Shown piece by piece: positions 26,697-39,208 of a stretch of DNA of 64,000 nt. The notes under the pieces are model-generated. The model searched no databases and was not told the origin of the DNA. It saw only the letters and a list, made by a program, of their open reading frames with translations. The DNA lies in the NCBI GenBank assembly GCA_043228905.1, contig JBHGNT010000016.1:13950001-14014000 (forward strand), in the 5' to 3' direction. Source of the DNA: Azolla caroliniana (Eukaryota > Plantae > Polypodiophyta). Numbering within the stretch: position 1 is the first letter of the stretch; every line of letters begins with the position of its first letter. Position numbers and translations under genes: made by a program.

Positions 26697-27894
26697 TACT
26701 CCCCCTCTTTAAAACATTGCACTCTTGCAATGGAAAGTTAGGGAAGTTAGTTCTAAGAGTATTTTCGCGTTCCCATGTGGCATCTTTGATTGATTTATCC
26801 ATCCATTTTATTTTAAATTCTCGGATTTCTTTAGTACGTAATTTTTTTGTTTTAACATCGAGAATTCTTTTTGGTACATGTGGTTTAGAAGATAATTCTT
26901 CAGAAGTAACCAGAGTTTCAGTTGTAACTGTATTGTCACCGGAACCTAGAAGTTCTTTTAGACGACTCACATGAAAGACTGGATGAATTCCAACACCATC
27001 GGGAAGAACGAGACGATAGGCCGATGACCCAATGCGTTTGAGGACTGTAAAAGGTCCACAAAACCGTGGGGCTAACGTAGCGCACTTTCCCGTAGACAAT
27101 GTCTTAGAATTGTGAGGTACACGTAAAAATACCTTCTGTCCAGGGTTGAATACACGAGGTTGCCTATGATGTTCGACATAAAAACGCGCTCTATCTTGAG
27201 CTGTTTTTATATTATCTCGTGCAATATGCAACATATCTTGCATATCCCGAAGAAAGTTTTGCGTACTTCGCAACTCATCATGATGTATATTAACATCAAT
27301 CGGGGCTCGTGGCTGAAAACCATACATCAACATAAAAGGACTATATCCCGTCGACGTATGCTTGGAGCTGTTATAAGCAAACTCCAAAATTGGGAGATAA
27401 CGTTCCCATTTTGTTGGTTTCGCACCAACGTAGGCTCGAAGCATGTCCTCAATAATTTGATTTACGCATTCTGTCTGTCCATCGGATTGAGGATGATCTG
27501 TGGAGCTCATGCTCAACGTAGTTTCTAACTTCTTAAAGACTTGCGTCCAGAAGTCACTCGTAAACTTTGGATCTCGATCACTCACGATATCCATCGGTAA
27601 CCCATAAAAACGAAACAATTCGTCAACAAATTGGTAAGCCAATTCAGGAGCTGTTACAGTAGTTTTAGTAGCAATAAATCTGGCCATTTTAGTTAGTCGA
27701 TCAATGACAACCCAGATGGCATCATGACCTTTTTGGGTGCGAGGAAGGCTAACAATAAAATCCATGGATTTACTTTCCCACTTATTATTGGGAATGTCCA
27801 AGGGATGTAAAAGTCCTGCGGCTTTAAGTCGCTTGGCTTTGTTAACCTGACACTGGTGACATTTAGTCACATAGCTATGTATGTCAGGACGCAT
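26683..27894 (-). CDS. Gypsy integrase core plus chromodomain (403-aa ORF; upstream RNase H and zinc finger broken)
   Basis: CHQCQVNK, SMDFI, IVSDRDPKFTS, HPQSDGQTE, GPF, HPVFHVSRLK, ILDVKTKKLRTKEIREFKIKW...DATWE. Confidence 0.85.
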   Translation of the reverse strand: MRPDIHSYVTKCHQCQVNKAKRLKAAGLLHPLDIPNNKWESKSMDFIVSLPRTQKGHDAIWVVIDRLTKMARFIATKTTVTAPELAYQFVDELFRFYGLPMDIVSDRDPKFTSDFWTQVFKKLETTLSMSSTDHPQSDGQTECVNQIIEDMLRAYVGAKPTKWERYLPILEFAYNSSKHTSTGYSPFMLMYGFQPRAPIDVNIHHDELRSTQNFLRDMQDMLHIARDNIKTAQDRARFYVEHHRQPRVFNPGQKVFLRVPHNSKTLSTGKCATLAPRFCGPFTVLKRIGSSAYRLVLPDGVGIHPVFHVSRLKELLGSGDNTVTTETLVTSEELSSKPHVPKRILDVKTKKLRTKEIREFKIKWMDKSIKDATWERENTLRTNFPNFPLQECNVLKRGSMLQA

Positions 27895-29239
27895 CTTAGG
27901 CCAATAAAATTGAGTGGAGATGAGAACGAGTGTACGATGTATTCAAGGGTGCCCTGCTGAGGGTGCATCATGGCATTAAAAAAGAATCCTCTTTTTGACC
28001 TCGGGTAAATCTGGAACACAAACCTTCCCATTACGGTAGAGCAAACCGTTAGCAATGTGGAAGTATTCCTTCGAGGATGTGGTGGTGTTTGTTCCAGACT
28101 CAACTCTTGCCCAGTATTTTGCAAAATAACTGTCATCAAGATACTTTCCTCGAAGGTGATCATAAAGATCTGATGTTATTTCAGTAAAGCTAAGCATGTT
28201 AACTTCACGGATGCGACTTAGTGCATCAACGACAATGTTCATGGAGCCTTTACGATATCGTATGGAAAAATCAAAGTCCTGGATGAGATTAGCCCATCAT
28301 GCCTCACGACCTTTCAGGTCTTGTTGGTCACAAAAATATTTCAAGGACTCGTGGTTCGTAGTTAGAGTCCTCAAACGCATTGGGTCATCAGCCTATTGTC
28401 TCGCTCTTCCCGATGGTGTCGGAATTCATCCAGTCTTTCATGTGAGTCGTCTAAAAGAACTTCTAGGTTCTGGCGACAATACAGTTACAACTGAAACTCT
28501 GGTTACTTCTGAAGAATTATCTTCTAAACCACATGTACTAGAAAGAATTCTCGATGATAAAACAAAAAAATTACGTACTAAAGAAATCTGAGAATTTAAA
28601 ATAAAATGGATGGATAAATCAATCAAAGATGCCACATGGGAACGCGAAAATACTCTCAGAACTAATTTCCCTAACTTTCCATTGCAAGAGTGCAATGTTT
28701 TAAAGAGGGGGAGTATGTTACGGGCATGACCATATAATATCCCGTGGTGAGAATTTACCGTAGTATTCTATACACGTGGATAAGTGTGAGGGTTAAACGA
28801 GAGTGTAAAGAAGGGGAGGATTACTTTTAATCCTCGGGATTCAGACAACCCATTAGGTCAAGTGTGAACTTGCCTGGGGGCCTTGGGTATCGCTATAAAT
28901 AAGAGGCCTAACTACCCTCATTTCATCGTCTTTTGACTACATCGAGACTCTGCTCTTGTGGTGGGTCAACTCTTGTAGCGAGCGCGCTAGCACCAAGTAC
29001 GACTCGACGCCACAGCGGTGGTATGGGACGCCGATTGAGGCTCGAGTCCGTCTCGATCCCTTCGCTCGGGGGTGGTCGGGTGGATCAACACCCTTCTTTC
29101 TCTTTCTCCTTTCTATCTATCATTTGTTTATCCTTATCTTAATCTTACTTTAGTACCTAGATCTCTAATAATATGGCGCCACCACCATGGGTGAAGACAT
29201 ATCCTGATATCGACTTCTGATTGTCCGAATTACCGACGT

Positions 29240-30006
29240 TGTCGTGCCTTTCGGCGCCGGATTGTTGCGTGAGTCGGGTGGGAACCACTGAGGTTTTGGA
29301 CTAGGAGAAAGAAGAATATGAGATGAGACTAGTAATGAATAGATTATTAGAAAGAGAGATAGAAATTTCGTGAATCCAACGAGTGTATTGTATTCGATTA
29401 ATCAATATTTAGATAAGAATATGTATTTAGATTGAAAGAAAGATATAAGAAACTTGTGAATCCCACAAGTATAGATTATATTATTTTCGTGAATCCCACG
29501 ATTATATTAATCGGTTGGTGTTTTCGGAAATATATCCAATTTCCAAATATTTCACACACCTATTACATTGTGCTCCCCATCCTTATGTAGTGATGAGGGA
29601 GTCCATGCTTTTTTTTTTTTCTAACTATAGACTCCATGCTTTTCCTATAGATAGACTATATGCTTTATCTAAAGTGATCATGCTTTTTCTAACTTGTGCG
29701 TTTTTTATCAACTATAGCGTTCATGCACGCTAGATGTGCATGCGTAGCTTTTTCTTTTAGCATGCGTTTTCTTTTAACTAAAGTTTATCCTAGGTGAACT
29801 AAGCTTTCTATGTGGAACATCTATTTTTGAACACTAATGAAATGCTAGTGTAATGGTAAGACATTACATTATTAACATGGAGGTGCAAGGTTTGAATCTT
29901 GCCCTATGCATGTTATATATATTTTAATATTTTCTACTATTTATTCATATTTATTAAATCGGTACTTTATAAGTTTTTCACGTAGTGTACGAAATACACT
30001 ACGACA
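29240..30006 (-). mobile_element. Solo-LTR-like insert (767 bp) with ACGT TSD
   Basis: Termini TGTCGT...ACGACA; ACGT at 29236-29239 and 30007-30010. Removing it restores the host RNase H DSDYV-GNSD. Confidence 0.8.
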
Positions 30007-30343
30007 ACGTAGTCGGAGTCTGTATATCCTTTGACTTTGATTGAATTATCCGATCCAAATGTAAGTTGTAGATCTTTGGTTCCTCGCAGGTACCTAAAGA
30101 TGTTCTTCACAACTTCCCAATGCTTTATTTCGGGTTTAGACATGTACCCGCTAACGATTGTTAGGACATATACAAGGTTTGGTCGAGTCGCCACCATTGT
30201 GTACATGAGACTTCCTATGACCGATGCATAGGGTATTCTGCTCATGAGCTTTCTCTCCTCTTCTGTGGATGGAGAGTTTAATGACATCGGAAGCAATGTT
30301 TGTGTTGGCTTCACGTTCTCCATATTGAAGTGCCTCAGCACGT

Positions 30344-30480
30344 TGTCAGGGTAGTTGTGGTTCGTGCGGCGAAGTCGTGGGGACTAAGGTTCAGGGGAGT
30401 TGAAGAAACTTAACTTTTAATAAGGCTTGTATGGTGATGATAGAATGGTTAAGGATAGTAAGAAGAAGAGTTACGAGTAA

Positions 30481-30511
<31 letters not shown>

Positions 30512-31256
30512 CGAGCATAGATAAAAGATAGAGACAATGTATGATTCAAGAAAGAAGATCCAGACAAAGTATGATTCTAGAAAGAAGATTGAGACAAAGT
30601 ATGATTCAAGGAACAAGAGTATGATATAAACATGATGTATATTAAAAATATAATATTTTACCAACTTTACAATCCTTGATCGCAAGATAAATCTTTTCAA
30701 TACCGACCCTTGATTTGAACCCACGACTTCCACTTTGAAACGCGAGGCTCTTCACCGAATAAGATATCTTCAATACTTGCTTAGAATCTTTTCTCCCCCT
30801 TTCTCTTGATCCCCTCTTGTTTCCTTGCCCCTCTTTATATAAGTGTTGCCATGCATATGGTAATGTATGGGAGCATGGCATGCATGCAATGCATGATCGC
30901 CATTTGGCGCACATGCATTGCATGTGATGCATGATGGCTATGTATGAAAATACATATGGGATAAGTATAATGATGAAAATGTATTTTAAAATAACTAACC
31001 TAGCTTAGTGGTGTATGCTTTGTGTTTGGTATACAATGTTGAGAGTTGAAGTCTCTCTATTTTACTCAATACAATATATAGCTTCATTCTTATATCATGA
31101 AGCACATTTTTTTATAAACTTTTACAAATAAATAGCCTAGCCTAGTGGTATGTACATTGTACTTCGTATATAAGGATGTGGGTTCAGGTCTCTTAAATAT
31201 TATTAAATACAATATTTAAGCTCATTTTTATATTGTGAAGCACATTCTTCATGACA
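30344..31256 (-). mobile_element. Solo-LTR-like insert (913 bp), same family as 35914-36839
   Basis: TG...CA termini; ACGT (30340-30343) / ACAT (31257-31260). Reverse complement of 35914-36839. Removing it restores the host RT N-VLRHF. Confidence 0.85.
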
Positions 31257-32328
31257 ACATTTCAGATGTAATTGGACTAGGAGAGCTAGAGGATCTTTGT
31301 TGTCCAATTTCGCTCTATCCACATGTCCAGTATGTGTCGGGCTTGTCTGAGTTCCTTCATCGCAAACTTGTCGTGAAGGCTTCGCTTTAGCTTTCCAATT
31401 TCGACTCAATCACTACCGGCGATGAGCATGTCGTCGACATATAGGATCAGGTAGATCTGGAACTCATCGGCTAGATGCCGAATGTACATACACGGGTCAG
31501 AATTAGTCCGGCTATAACCAAGCTGCATGATGTAGGAGTTTAACTTCTGGTACCTTGGTGCTTGTTTTAAGCCATAAAGGCTTTTCTTCTGTCCGCATAC
31601 GAGGTGACCTTCCTCCCCCATCGCCGTGAAGATTACCGGTTGAGACATATAGATGTCTTCTTCCAAGTCTCTATGTAGGAATGTTGTCTTTATGTCCAGT
31701 TGCTCGAGCTCTAGGTCTTATGTCGCCACGACTTCGAGTAGGAGCTGAAGGGTGGTCATCTTGACTACAGGCGAGAAGATCTTGTCGTAGTTGACCCCAT
31801 GTTCTTGTTTGAATCCCTTGTGACGAGTCAAGGTTTATATTTGGGCTTCTTTGAATCGGATACATATTTGTATCTGAAGATCCATTTGCAGGGCATTGGG
31901 TTCCTTCTAGCTGGTAATTCAACCAACTCCCATGTCTAATTCTCTTTTATCGAGTCCATTTCGAATCTCATGGCTTGTTGTCATGTTTCGACATCTGACA
32001 TGACTATAACTTTCTCGTGGGAGCTTGGGTCGCATGTGTTCGTGTAATTGACGTAGTCTAGGCCCGATTGATAGAACTTTGTCGGCCTTCGGACTCGTCC
32101 GGATCTCCTTGGTGCTGATTTCGTTGGTTTGGATTTGAGTAAAAATCAGTTCTGGTGTCCAATTGGCAACCATTGAACTGTCGTTGTAAGGATTCTATTG
32201 GGGTGATCCTTTATGGCAGTTCTCTTGCATTGTTTTTGGATCCACCTCTCCCATAGGAGTTGACCAGTTTATGAGTGCTTTGGCTGGTTTAGATCGGCCA
32301 ATGGTCATTGCTATGAAATGGGGCTCAA

Positions 32329-33455
32329 TTGAATTGCAAGCACAAGTGTGGAAAATAGAGTACAAAACACAGAGAGATGATGCAATGACACAATGACAAA
32401 AGATATTAACGTGGAAAACCTTGAAAAGGGAAAACCACGGGAGTCCACAAACTCCAAATAATCACTAGAGTGGGAGAAGAAGTACAAAGGAGACTACAAG
32501 GCAACAACCTTATGCTCCTCTTTGCCAAACTGATGGTTACAATAGAGTTCACACTCACTCACTCACTCTCAATCTCTCACTTTGTATAGTGATAACTAAC
32601 TCTACAACAACAACAACTAACATGTTAGCCCTAAGTATATATATATATACTTATACATTGTAATGGTTATTTACAAATTAACTTCTAATTGGCTATGGCT
32701 GGATCAGGAATCCAGATGCTTTTAAGAATCCGAATCCTGGATGCCTGTTGGATGTCTTCCAAGCTAATTCGGTTCCTCGTTCGGATCCGGTTGACTGAAG
32801 CGTTCCATCCAGAGGGACTTGTTTCCCAACAAACCCCCCCTTCACTCCGGAATGGGATGATCCACCAAACCTACCCATTATCGACATGCTTTCAGATTGT
32901 CCATTGGCAGCACCTTGGTTAGCATGTTCAATCCATTTTCGTCTGTGTGAATCTTCATCAGGTTGAAATCCCTTTCTTCTATCCCTCTCTAAACCAGTGA
33001 TATCTATGTTGGATGTGCTTAGTTCTCCAGTGATATGCGCATTCTTTGCAAGGTGGATGACACTTAGATTGTCAAAGTGGAGTCAGAATTTCTCTTGCCG
33101 AATCCCCAACTCACCGATGAAATCCTTCATCCAAATTATCTCCGTGCCGGCTTCAACAATAGCCATGTACTTCGCTTCTGTGGTCGACAACGCCACGATC
33201 TTCCGCAACCTTGATTGCCACAAGACAACGCCCCCTACATATGTCATCACATACCCGGACTTGGATCGACTTGTATCCACATCAACCAACATGTTTGAGT
33301 TAGTGAAACCTTCTAGTATGGGGTTACCTGAGCCTAATCGGAGGCACACGCTCGAGGTGCCTCTCAGGTATCAAAGTATCCACTTCATCGCAACCCAATG
33401 GTCTCTTCCAGGATTGTTCATACACCGGCCGATGACTCCGACAACATATTCGATG
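32329..33455 (-). mobile_element. Copia RT-end/RNase H plus 3' LTR fragment, related to the elements at 51-62 kb
   Basis: SGYVMTYVGGVVLWQSRL, ALSTTEAKY. The PPT is followed by TGTTGGG at 32831. The LTR shares ggactcccgtggtttt and ggttttccacgt with the Copia LTRs at 51-62 kb. Confidence 0.8.
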
Positions 33456-34237
33456 CATAAATCTTTTACAGGCATCTGTAAATCTGATCCCGTGAAAGAA
33501 TGAAGCACTCTTCAAGGTTCGTGCTCAATTCAACTTGGCCTCATTGTATGTAAACCAATTAGTTGTACCTATCTTTTCAATCGTAGTTATTTTGAGCAAA
33601 ATCGACAAATAAATCGACTCAGCTCGTGTTCAATTCGGCTAGATTGTACTTCGGGTAGACCAGACGGTCGTACCCTTCATCTGATCGTAGTCACTCCGAA
33701 CAAAACTTTCGACCAATCGACCCTTGTCTGAAATGGCCTCCACTTCCGGCTCATCAAAGATGAGTCTCAAGAAGTTCGACGACACGAACTTCAATTTCTG
33801 GAAGGAACAAATGTAGGACTACCTGATCGTGAAGGGTCTGATCGACCCAATTGAGAATGAAAATCCTCTAGAAGATTATAAGCCGAACGAGTGGACGAAG
33901 CTCGACCGTATAACTCGTGCCACAATTCAGATGCACCTACCCGAATCGATTTATTACGCAGTGCATTCAAGTCCGACAAGATACTAGTTGCAAAAGACGT
34001 TGTCAAACACATACGAAAAGGACGTGGCCACCATGAAGATTTATCTTATTTGGCACCTATACAATTTTCGGATGACAGAATCTGATTCAATCCAGACACA
34101 TCTGAACGAATACAAAAGCATCAATTCCCATATTTTGCCCCATGGGATGACAATTGACGACAAGATGAAAGCCCTCTTGTTGATGAGTAGTCTTTCCCCA
34201 TCATTGGAAACTTTCGTCACGGCTATCTGTAATGCAT

Positions 34238-34430
34238 TGTTGAGAGTTGAACTCAACTTCCCATAGTAATAGGTTTCACACTAGCTCATGGACATACTAG
34301 GCTAGTTTTGTAAATAGTAGAAAGGGCACTTACCCTAGCTTAGTTGGTATTTAAACCAACCTCTTGTAACTTAGTTACTGTTGGAAGTATTTTGGGTAAT
34401 GTAACATACATTCTTTTATCTCTGTCTTAA

Positions 34431-34467
<37 letters not shown>

Positions 34468-37400
34468 TTTGCCTTACGTACACACACACACACACAAAGT
34501 CCTTCCGTTGCATCTCAGTCACTCTTGCTCCACATTTCGTTACATCGTATCAGAGCGTGTGGTTGCTTAATTGAATCTATTCAACTGTGTTGTGGTACAC
34601 ACTGACGATCAACAGAACCGGCTTATCAATAGAAAAGAAATCGACATAATGAACAGTTAGATGGGAAGCACTCTTCCTATCGAGAAGCTTGACAGAACGA
34701 ATTTCGCATCTTGGGAATACAAGATGCATCAATACCTTGTCGGACAAGGTTACTGGAGCTACATTGAAGGAGCTCACGAAACTCAACCCAACCCAACACA
34801 CGCCGACTATATCGATCACAGGCTATATCTTAAAGATCAAGGAGCTTGATGATGCCCTCGGTTCGATTAATGTCATAATCGACGATGACAAGAAGATTTT
34901 TGCGGCCAACACGGCTGCACAAAAGCTCCAACTTCGATCACAGGCTATACCTTAAAGATCAAGGAGCTTGATGATGCCCTCGGTTCGATTAATGTCGTAA
35001 TCGACGATGACAAGAAGATTTTTGCAGCCAACACGACTGCACGAAAGCTCCAACTTTGGCAGGAGGTAAACAACATGCAACAGAGGAACATGTCGATCAC
35101 AGGCTATACCTTAAAGATGAAGGAGCTTGACGATGCCCTCGGTTCGATTAATGTCGTAATCGACGATGACGAGATGGTGCAAATATACCTCGGCGACTTA
35201 GCACCCTGATTTGCCTTGATTAGATTGGCCACCCTTGCAAGGGAGAACCCTCCTTCATTTTTTGATCTCCAATCAATATTGTTGGTTGAGGAAAAGCACG
35301 CCCGACAAAGGAGCAACGCACCAGAGGGTCATATGCTCTACTCTTAGTCGGATGATAGAAGAAACTTCGGCCATTGAAATAGAGGTCGATTTGAACAATG
35401 CCATAATGGTCGACAGACTCAAGAGCGTAACCCCCACCAATGGCAAGTAGACAAGAACGGTCCCAAAGAGTTCGGCAAAAGGGGGAGTCATCACGCCAGA
35501 CCGAACAATCGTAACAACACGATCAAATACGGGTACTGTGGAAAACACGGCCACTATGAAGAGGAGTGCCGGAAAAAGGTACGAGACTTGGCCTCAACTA
35601 GTTGACAGCTCACGAACTACGCATCGAATTCCGACTACGACAATTGTAATGGAATGTTTACAAATTACGCTACGAATTCCGTCTACGATGATCGTAGCGG
35701 AATGTTTGTAATGAGACACGAAGCACACTCGATGTCAACACAGGGTTCAGCTAGTGCCTCTGACTCAAATAACGTATGGTTTGTCTATTCAGGAGCATCC
35801 AATCACATGACGTCTCATGAAGATTGGTTTCGGGAACTACAAAAGCCCGAATGTCCCGGATATGTCGAAACAAGAGATGACACGACTCATCCAATACAGC
35901 ATATCGGGAACGTTGTCGTGAAGAATGTGCTTCACGATATAAAAATGAGCTTAAATGTTGTATTTAATAATATTTGAGAGACTTGAACCCACATCCTTAT
36001 ATACGAAGTAGAATGTACATACCACTAGGCTAGGCTATTTATTTGTAAAAGTGCATAATAAATGCGCTTCATGATATAAGAATGAAGCTATATATTGTAT
36101 TAAGTAAAATTGAGGGACTTGAACCCTCAACCTTGTATACCAAGCACCAAGCATACACCACTAAGCTAGGTTAGTTATTTTAGAATGCATTTTCATCATT
36201 ATAATTATCTCATATCTATTTTCATACATAGCCATCATTCATCACATGCAATGCATGTGCGCCAAATGCCGATCATGCATTACATGTAACTCATGCATTG
36301 CATGCATGCCATGCTCCCATACATTACCATATGCATGGCAACACTTATATAAAGAGGGGAAAGGGAAAACAAGGAGGGGAATCAAGAGAAAGTTAGAGAA
36401 ATAAGATAATAAAAAAAACAAACAAGTTAGCTTGTTGGTGAAGAGGCTCGTGTTTCCAAGTTGGAGTCAAGAGTTCAAATCAAGGGTCGGTAGAGAATGT
36501 GTTCAGTTTGCGATCAAGGATTGTAAAGTTGGTAAAATATTGTCTTTTTAATATACATCATGTTTATATCAAACACTCTTGTTTCTTGATTCATACTTTG
36601 TCTCAATCTTCCTTATTAAATCATATTTTGTCTCTATCTTGCTTCTTGAATCATATATTGTCTCTATCTTCTATCTATTCTCATCTCTCTCTCACACACA
36701 CATTACTCGTAACTCTTCTTCTTGCTACTCTTAACCTTTCTAACATCACCATACAAGCCTTATTAAAATTTAAGTTCCTTCAACTCCCCTTAACCTTCGT
36801 CCCTGCGACTTCGCCGCATGAACCACAACTACCCCGACAACGTCCCATTCGGAAACGACGGAAAACAAACCTACCTCTAGAATGTACTGCATGTCCCCAC
36901 CATCACGAAAAACTTGGTCTTAGTCAGCCAGATTGTCGAACAAGGAATGCAAGTACGATTCAACAACGACGGATGCTGCATCGAAAGGGGCAGTCAAGTC
37001 GTAGCTCACAGTCGACGAGAAGGCCGTCTGTTTATCCTCGAATCGAACGAGGTATAGTCGGCCATGTTCGCAAAGGGCCTCAAAGTTGAAACGGATTTAA
37101 ATTTGTGGCACAAAAGAATCAGCCACATCAATCTCCAAAATCTTTAGAACATGCAATCGAATGGAGTCGTAATCGGACTCCCGAACTTTACCGTGAAGGA
37201 GATTACGGGCATATGCGAAGCATGCCAGTTTGGAAAGCAATGCCGACATCCATTCTTGAAAGAGCGGAATGTGAGCAAAGGGATCCTGGATGTCGTACAT
37301 TCAGATGTATGGGGACCAGCCCAGACAAGCACACTCGGCGGATGCCGATATTACGTTACGTTCATCAATGACTTCTCCAGGAACACCTAGATCTACCCAA

Positions 37401-39111
37401 TGAAACAGAAGAGCGAAGTGTTCGGATACTTCCAGAGATTCAAAGCCGAAGTAAAAAAAGCTACGGATTGGCATGTACGCTGCCTTCAATCGGATGGAGG
37501 CAAAGAATATTTTTGGGATGAATTTACGGCGTATCTCCGAAAGAAAGGAATCCGACAAGAATTCTCATGCCGTCACACACCTCAGCAGAACGACATAGCT
37601 GAGCGTAAAAACCGGCACATAGTAGAAGTCGCACGGGCTATGATGAATGAGAAGAACTTGCTAAAATCATATTGGGCAGAAGCGGTGAACACGGATGTAT
37701 ACCTCATGAATATGTGTACAACCTCGGGAGTACACGACGTAACTCCTCATGAGAAGTTCTTTGGAAAGAAGCCAGACTTATCACATGTCCACATAGCGCA
37801 ATCGCTTACGTACATATTCTCGACGATACGCGACAAAAGCTCGACACGAAGTCGGAGAAATGTATCCTTGTAGGATACTCACTCAAACAAAAGGGGTACA
37901 AATGCTATAACCCATCTACCTGAAAAGCTCGCGCAAGTCGAGATGTCGTTTTTGACGAGTACGCATCCTGGTACGCACTAGAAATAACTTCGAATCTGAC
38001 GCTACTCGACGCAGATGATGCCGAAATAGAAATAGAAGCTGAGGATCGGCTCACGTAGATGTTCGAAGACAACCCAATTTCGACACGGTCGAGTGGGCCA
38101 TCAGAGCCGCCAAGCGATTAAAGCACATCTCGGCCAAGTCTAAAGCTGGACAAAGGGAAGGCGAAAATGCAAGAATATGAAGATCAAGAAGAGACTGAGG
38201 TGCTTCACTCTCTCGACAGTGAATTTGAAGGTCTCGACACTCACACAAATGGAGCGAGGAAAGCCATAGTCCCCACGGATGTAGAGCTACGCCGGTCCAC
38301 CAGTGGAAAGAACCTCGTAAGTCGTTTCGGCTATGACGAGTACATGGCGTGTCATTACGCATTCGTGATGAAGGTAGTGTTAGTACGGGAGCCGGAGACA
38401 CTTTCCGAAGCTGTAAAGGATCCGCATTGGGTCGATGCAATGAATGAGGAAATGGAAGCATTATGCAAAAACGAGACCTGGGATCTAGTTCCTCACCCTC
38501 CGAACAAGAAATCAATTGGCTGCTGGTGGATTTACAAAGTGGAACACATTGCCAATGACTCCGTAAATTGCTCTAAAGCACGGCTCGTACAGGCCGGAGA
38601 AATCGATCTACAACATATCAGTACACACCTCTAGATTGCTGATATTTTTACGAAGGCCTTAGGAGTCGACAAGCTCGGGAAATTCGCATTGGACCTTGGT
38701 CTCATGACATCCACATTGTCGAGCTTGAGGGGGAGGACTGCAGGCGACACGTGCACTGTACGCAATTGATCGAGTACGCAACACATAGTTAATCGAATCG
38801 AGCACGAAGCCGAAAATCTGAACAATCTAGTTTGAGGATTACGAACGACAGAAGACGAATTTCGAAGACCGAACCAAAACAACTTTTCGACAAATGGAAG
38901 TTGTGTTCGAAGGGGTGTGTTGAGAGTCGAACTCAACTTCCCATAGTAATAGGTTTCACACTAGCTCATGGACATACAATGCTAGTTTTGTAAATAGTAG
39001 AAAGGGCACTTGCCCTAGCTTAGTTGGTATTTAAACCAACCCCTTGTAACTTAGTTACTTTTGGAAGTATTTTGGTTAATGTAACATACAATCTTTTATC
39101 TCTGTCTTAAG

Positions 39112-39142
<31 letters not shown>

Positions 39143-39208
39143 GCCTTACACACACACACAAAGTCCTTCCGCTGCATCTCAACCACTCTTGCTCCTCATT
39201 TCGTTACA
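34238..39208 (+). mobile_element. Copia element with both LTRs and an internal RT deletion
   Basis: TSD TGCAT (34233-34237 / 39209-39213). LTRs at 34238-34544 and 38918-39208, PBS tcgtatcagagc. Gag MGSTLPIEKLDRTNF, integrase VHSDVWGP / TPQQN. RT jumps from KARLV to QAGEIDL at about 38589. Confidence 0.9.
35914..36839 (+). mobile_element. Solo-LTR-like insert (926 bp) with ACGT TSD and three tRNA-like modules
   Basis: Termini TGTCG...CGACA; ACGT at 35910-35913 and 36840-36843; TATA cttatataaag at about 36343. Removing it restores the host HIGNV-PFG. Confidence 0.88.

Larger units (their letters stand above)
22966..29170 (+). mobile_element. Rearranged chromovirus Gypsy element (Tekay/Reina-like) with an internal inversion
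   Basis: TSD ATATG (22961-22965 / 29171-29175). LTRs at 22966-23421 and 28716-29170, Met-type PBS tggtatcaga at 23424-23433, PPT at 28702-28713. Gag start MAQINDP at 25114. Inverted block at 25275-28368. Confidence 0.92.
15710..32170 (-). mobile_element. Degenerate Copia element (RT, RNase H, 3' LTR) hosting four nested insertions
   Basis: RT at 31257-31990 (EEDIYMSQP, LYVDDML) and 30011-30343 (PYASVIGSLMY); RNase H at 29176-29239 and 22404-22960 (HAKTKHFDV). The PPT is followed by TGTTGGG at 22246. The 3' LTR is split into 22090-22246 and 15710-15847. The reading frame rejoins across each insertion. The right boundary is approximate. Confidence 0.75.

Noticed and set aside
28196-28591. 131-aa ORF resembling a novel fusion
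   Set aside because: It spans the inversion junction: antisense RNase H joined to the integrase tail.
34333-34350. tagcttagttggt A-box-like motif in a Copia LTR
   Set aside because: No B-box at tRNA spacing; it simply precedes the TATA-like tatttaaa.
35976-36481. Annotating the tRNA-like modules as tRNA genes
   Set aside because: A/B boxes and a T-arm are present, but I could not build convincing acceptor and anticodon stems.
36499-37089. 196-aa ORF
   Set aside because: Chance read-through from the CT-rich end of an LTR-like insert into an off-frame part of Copia pol.
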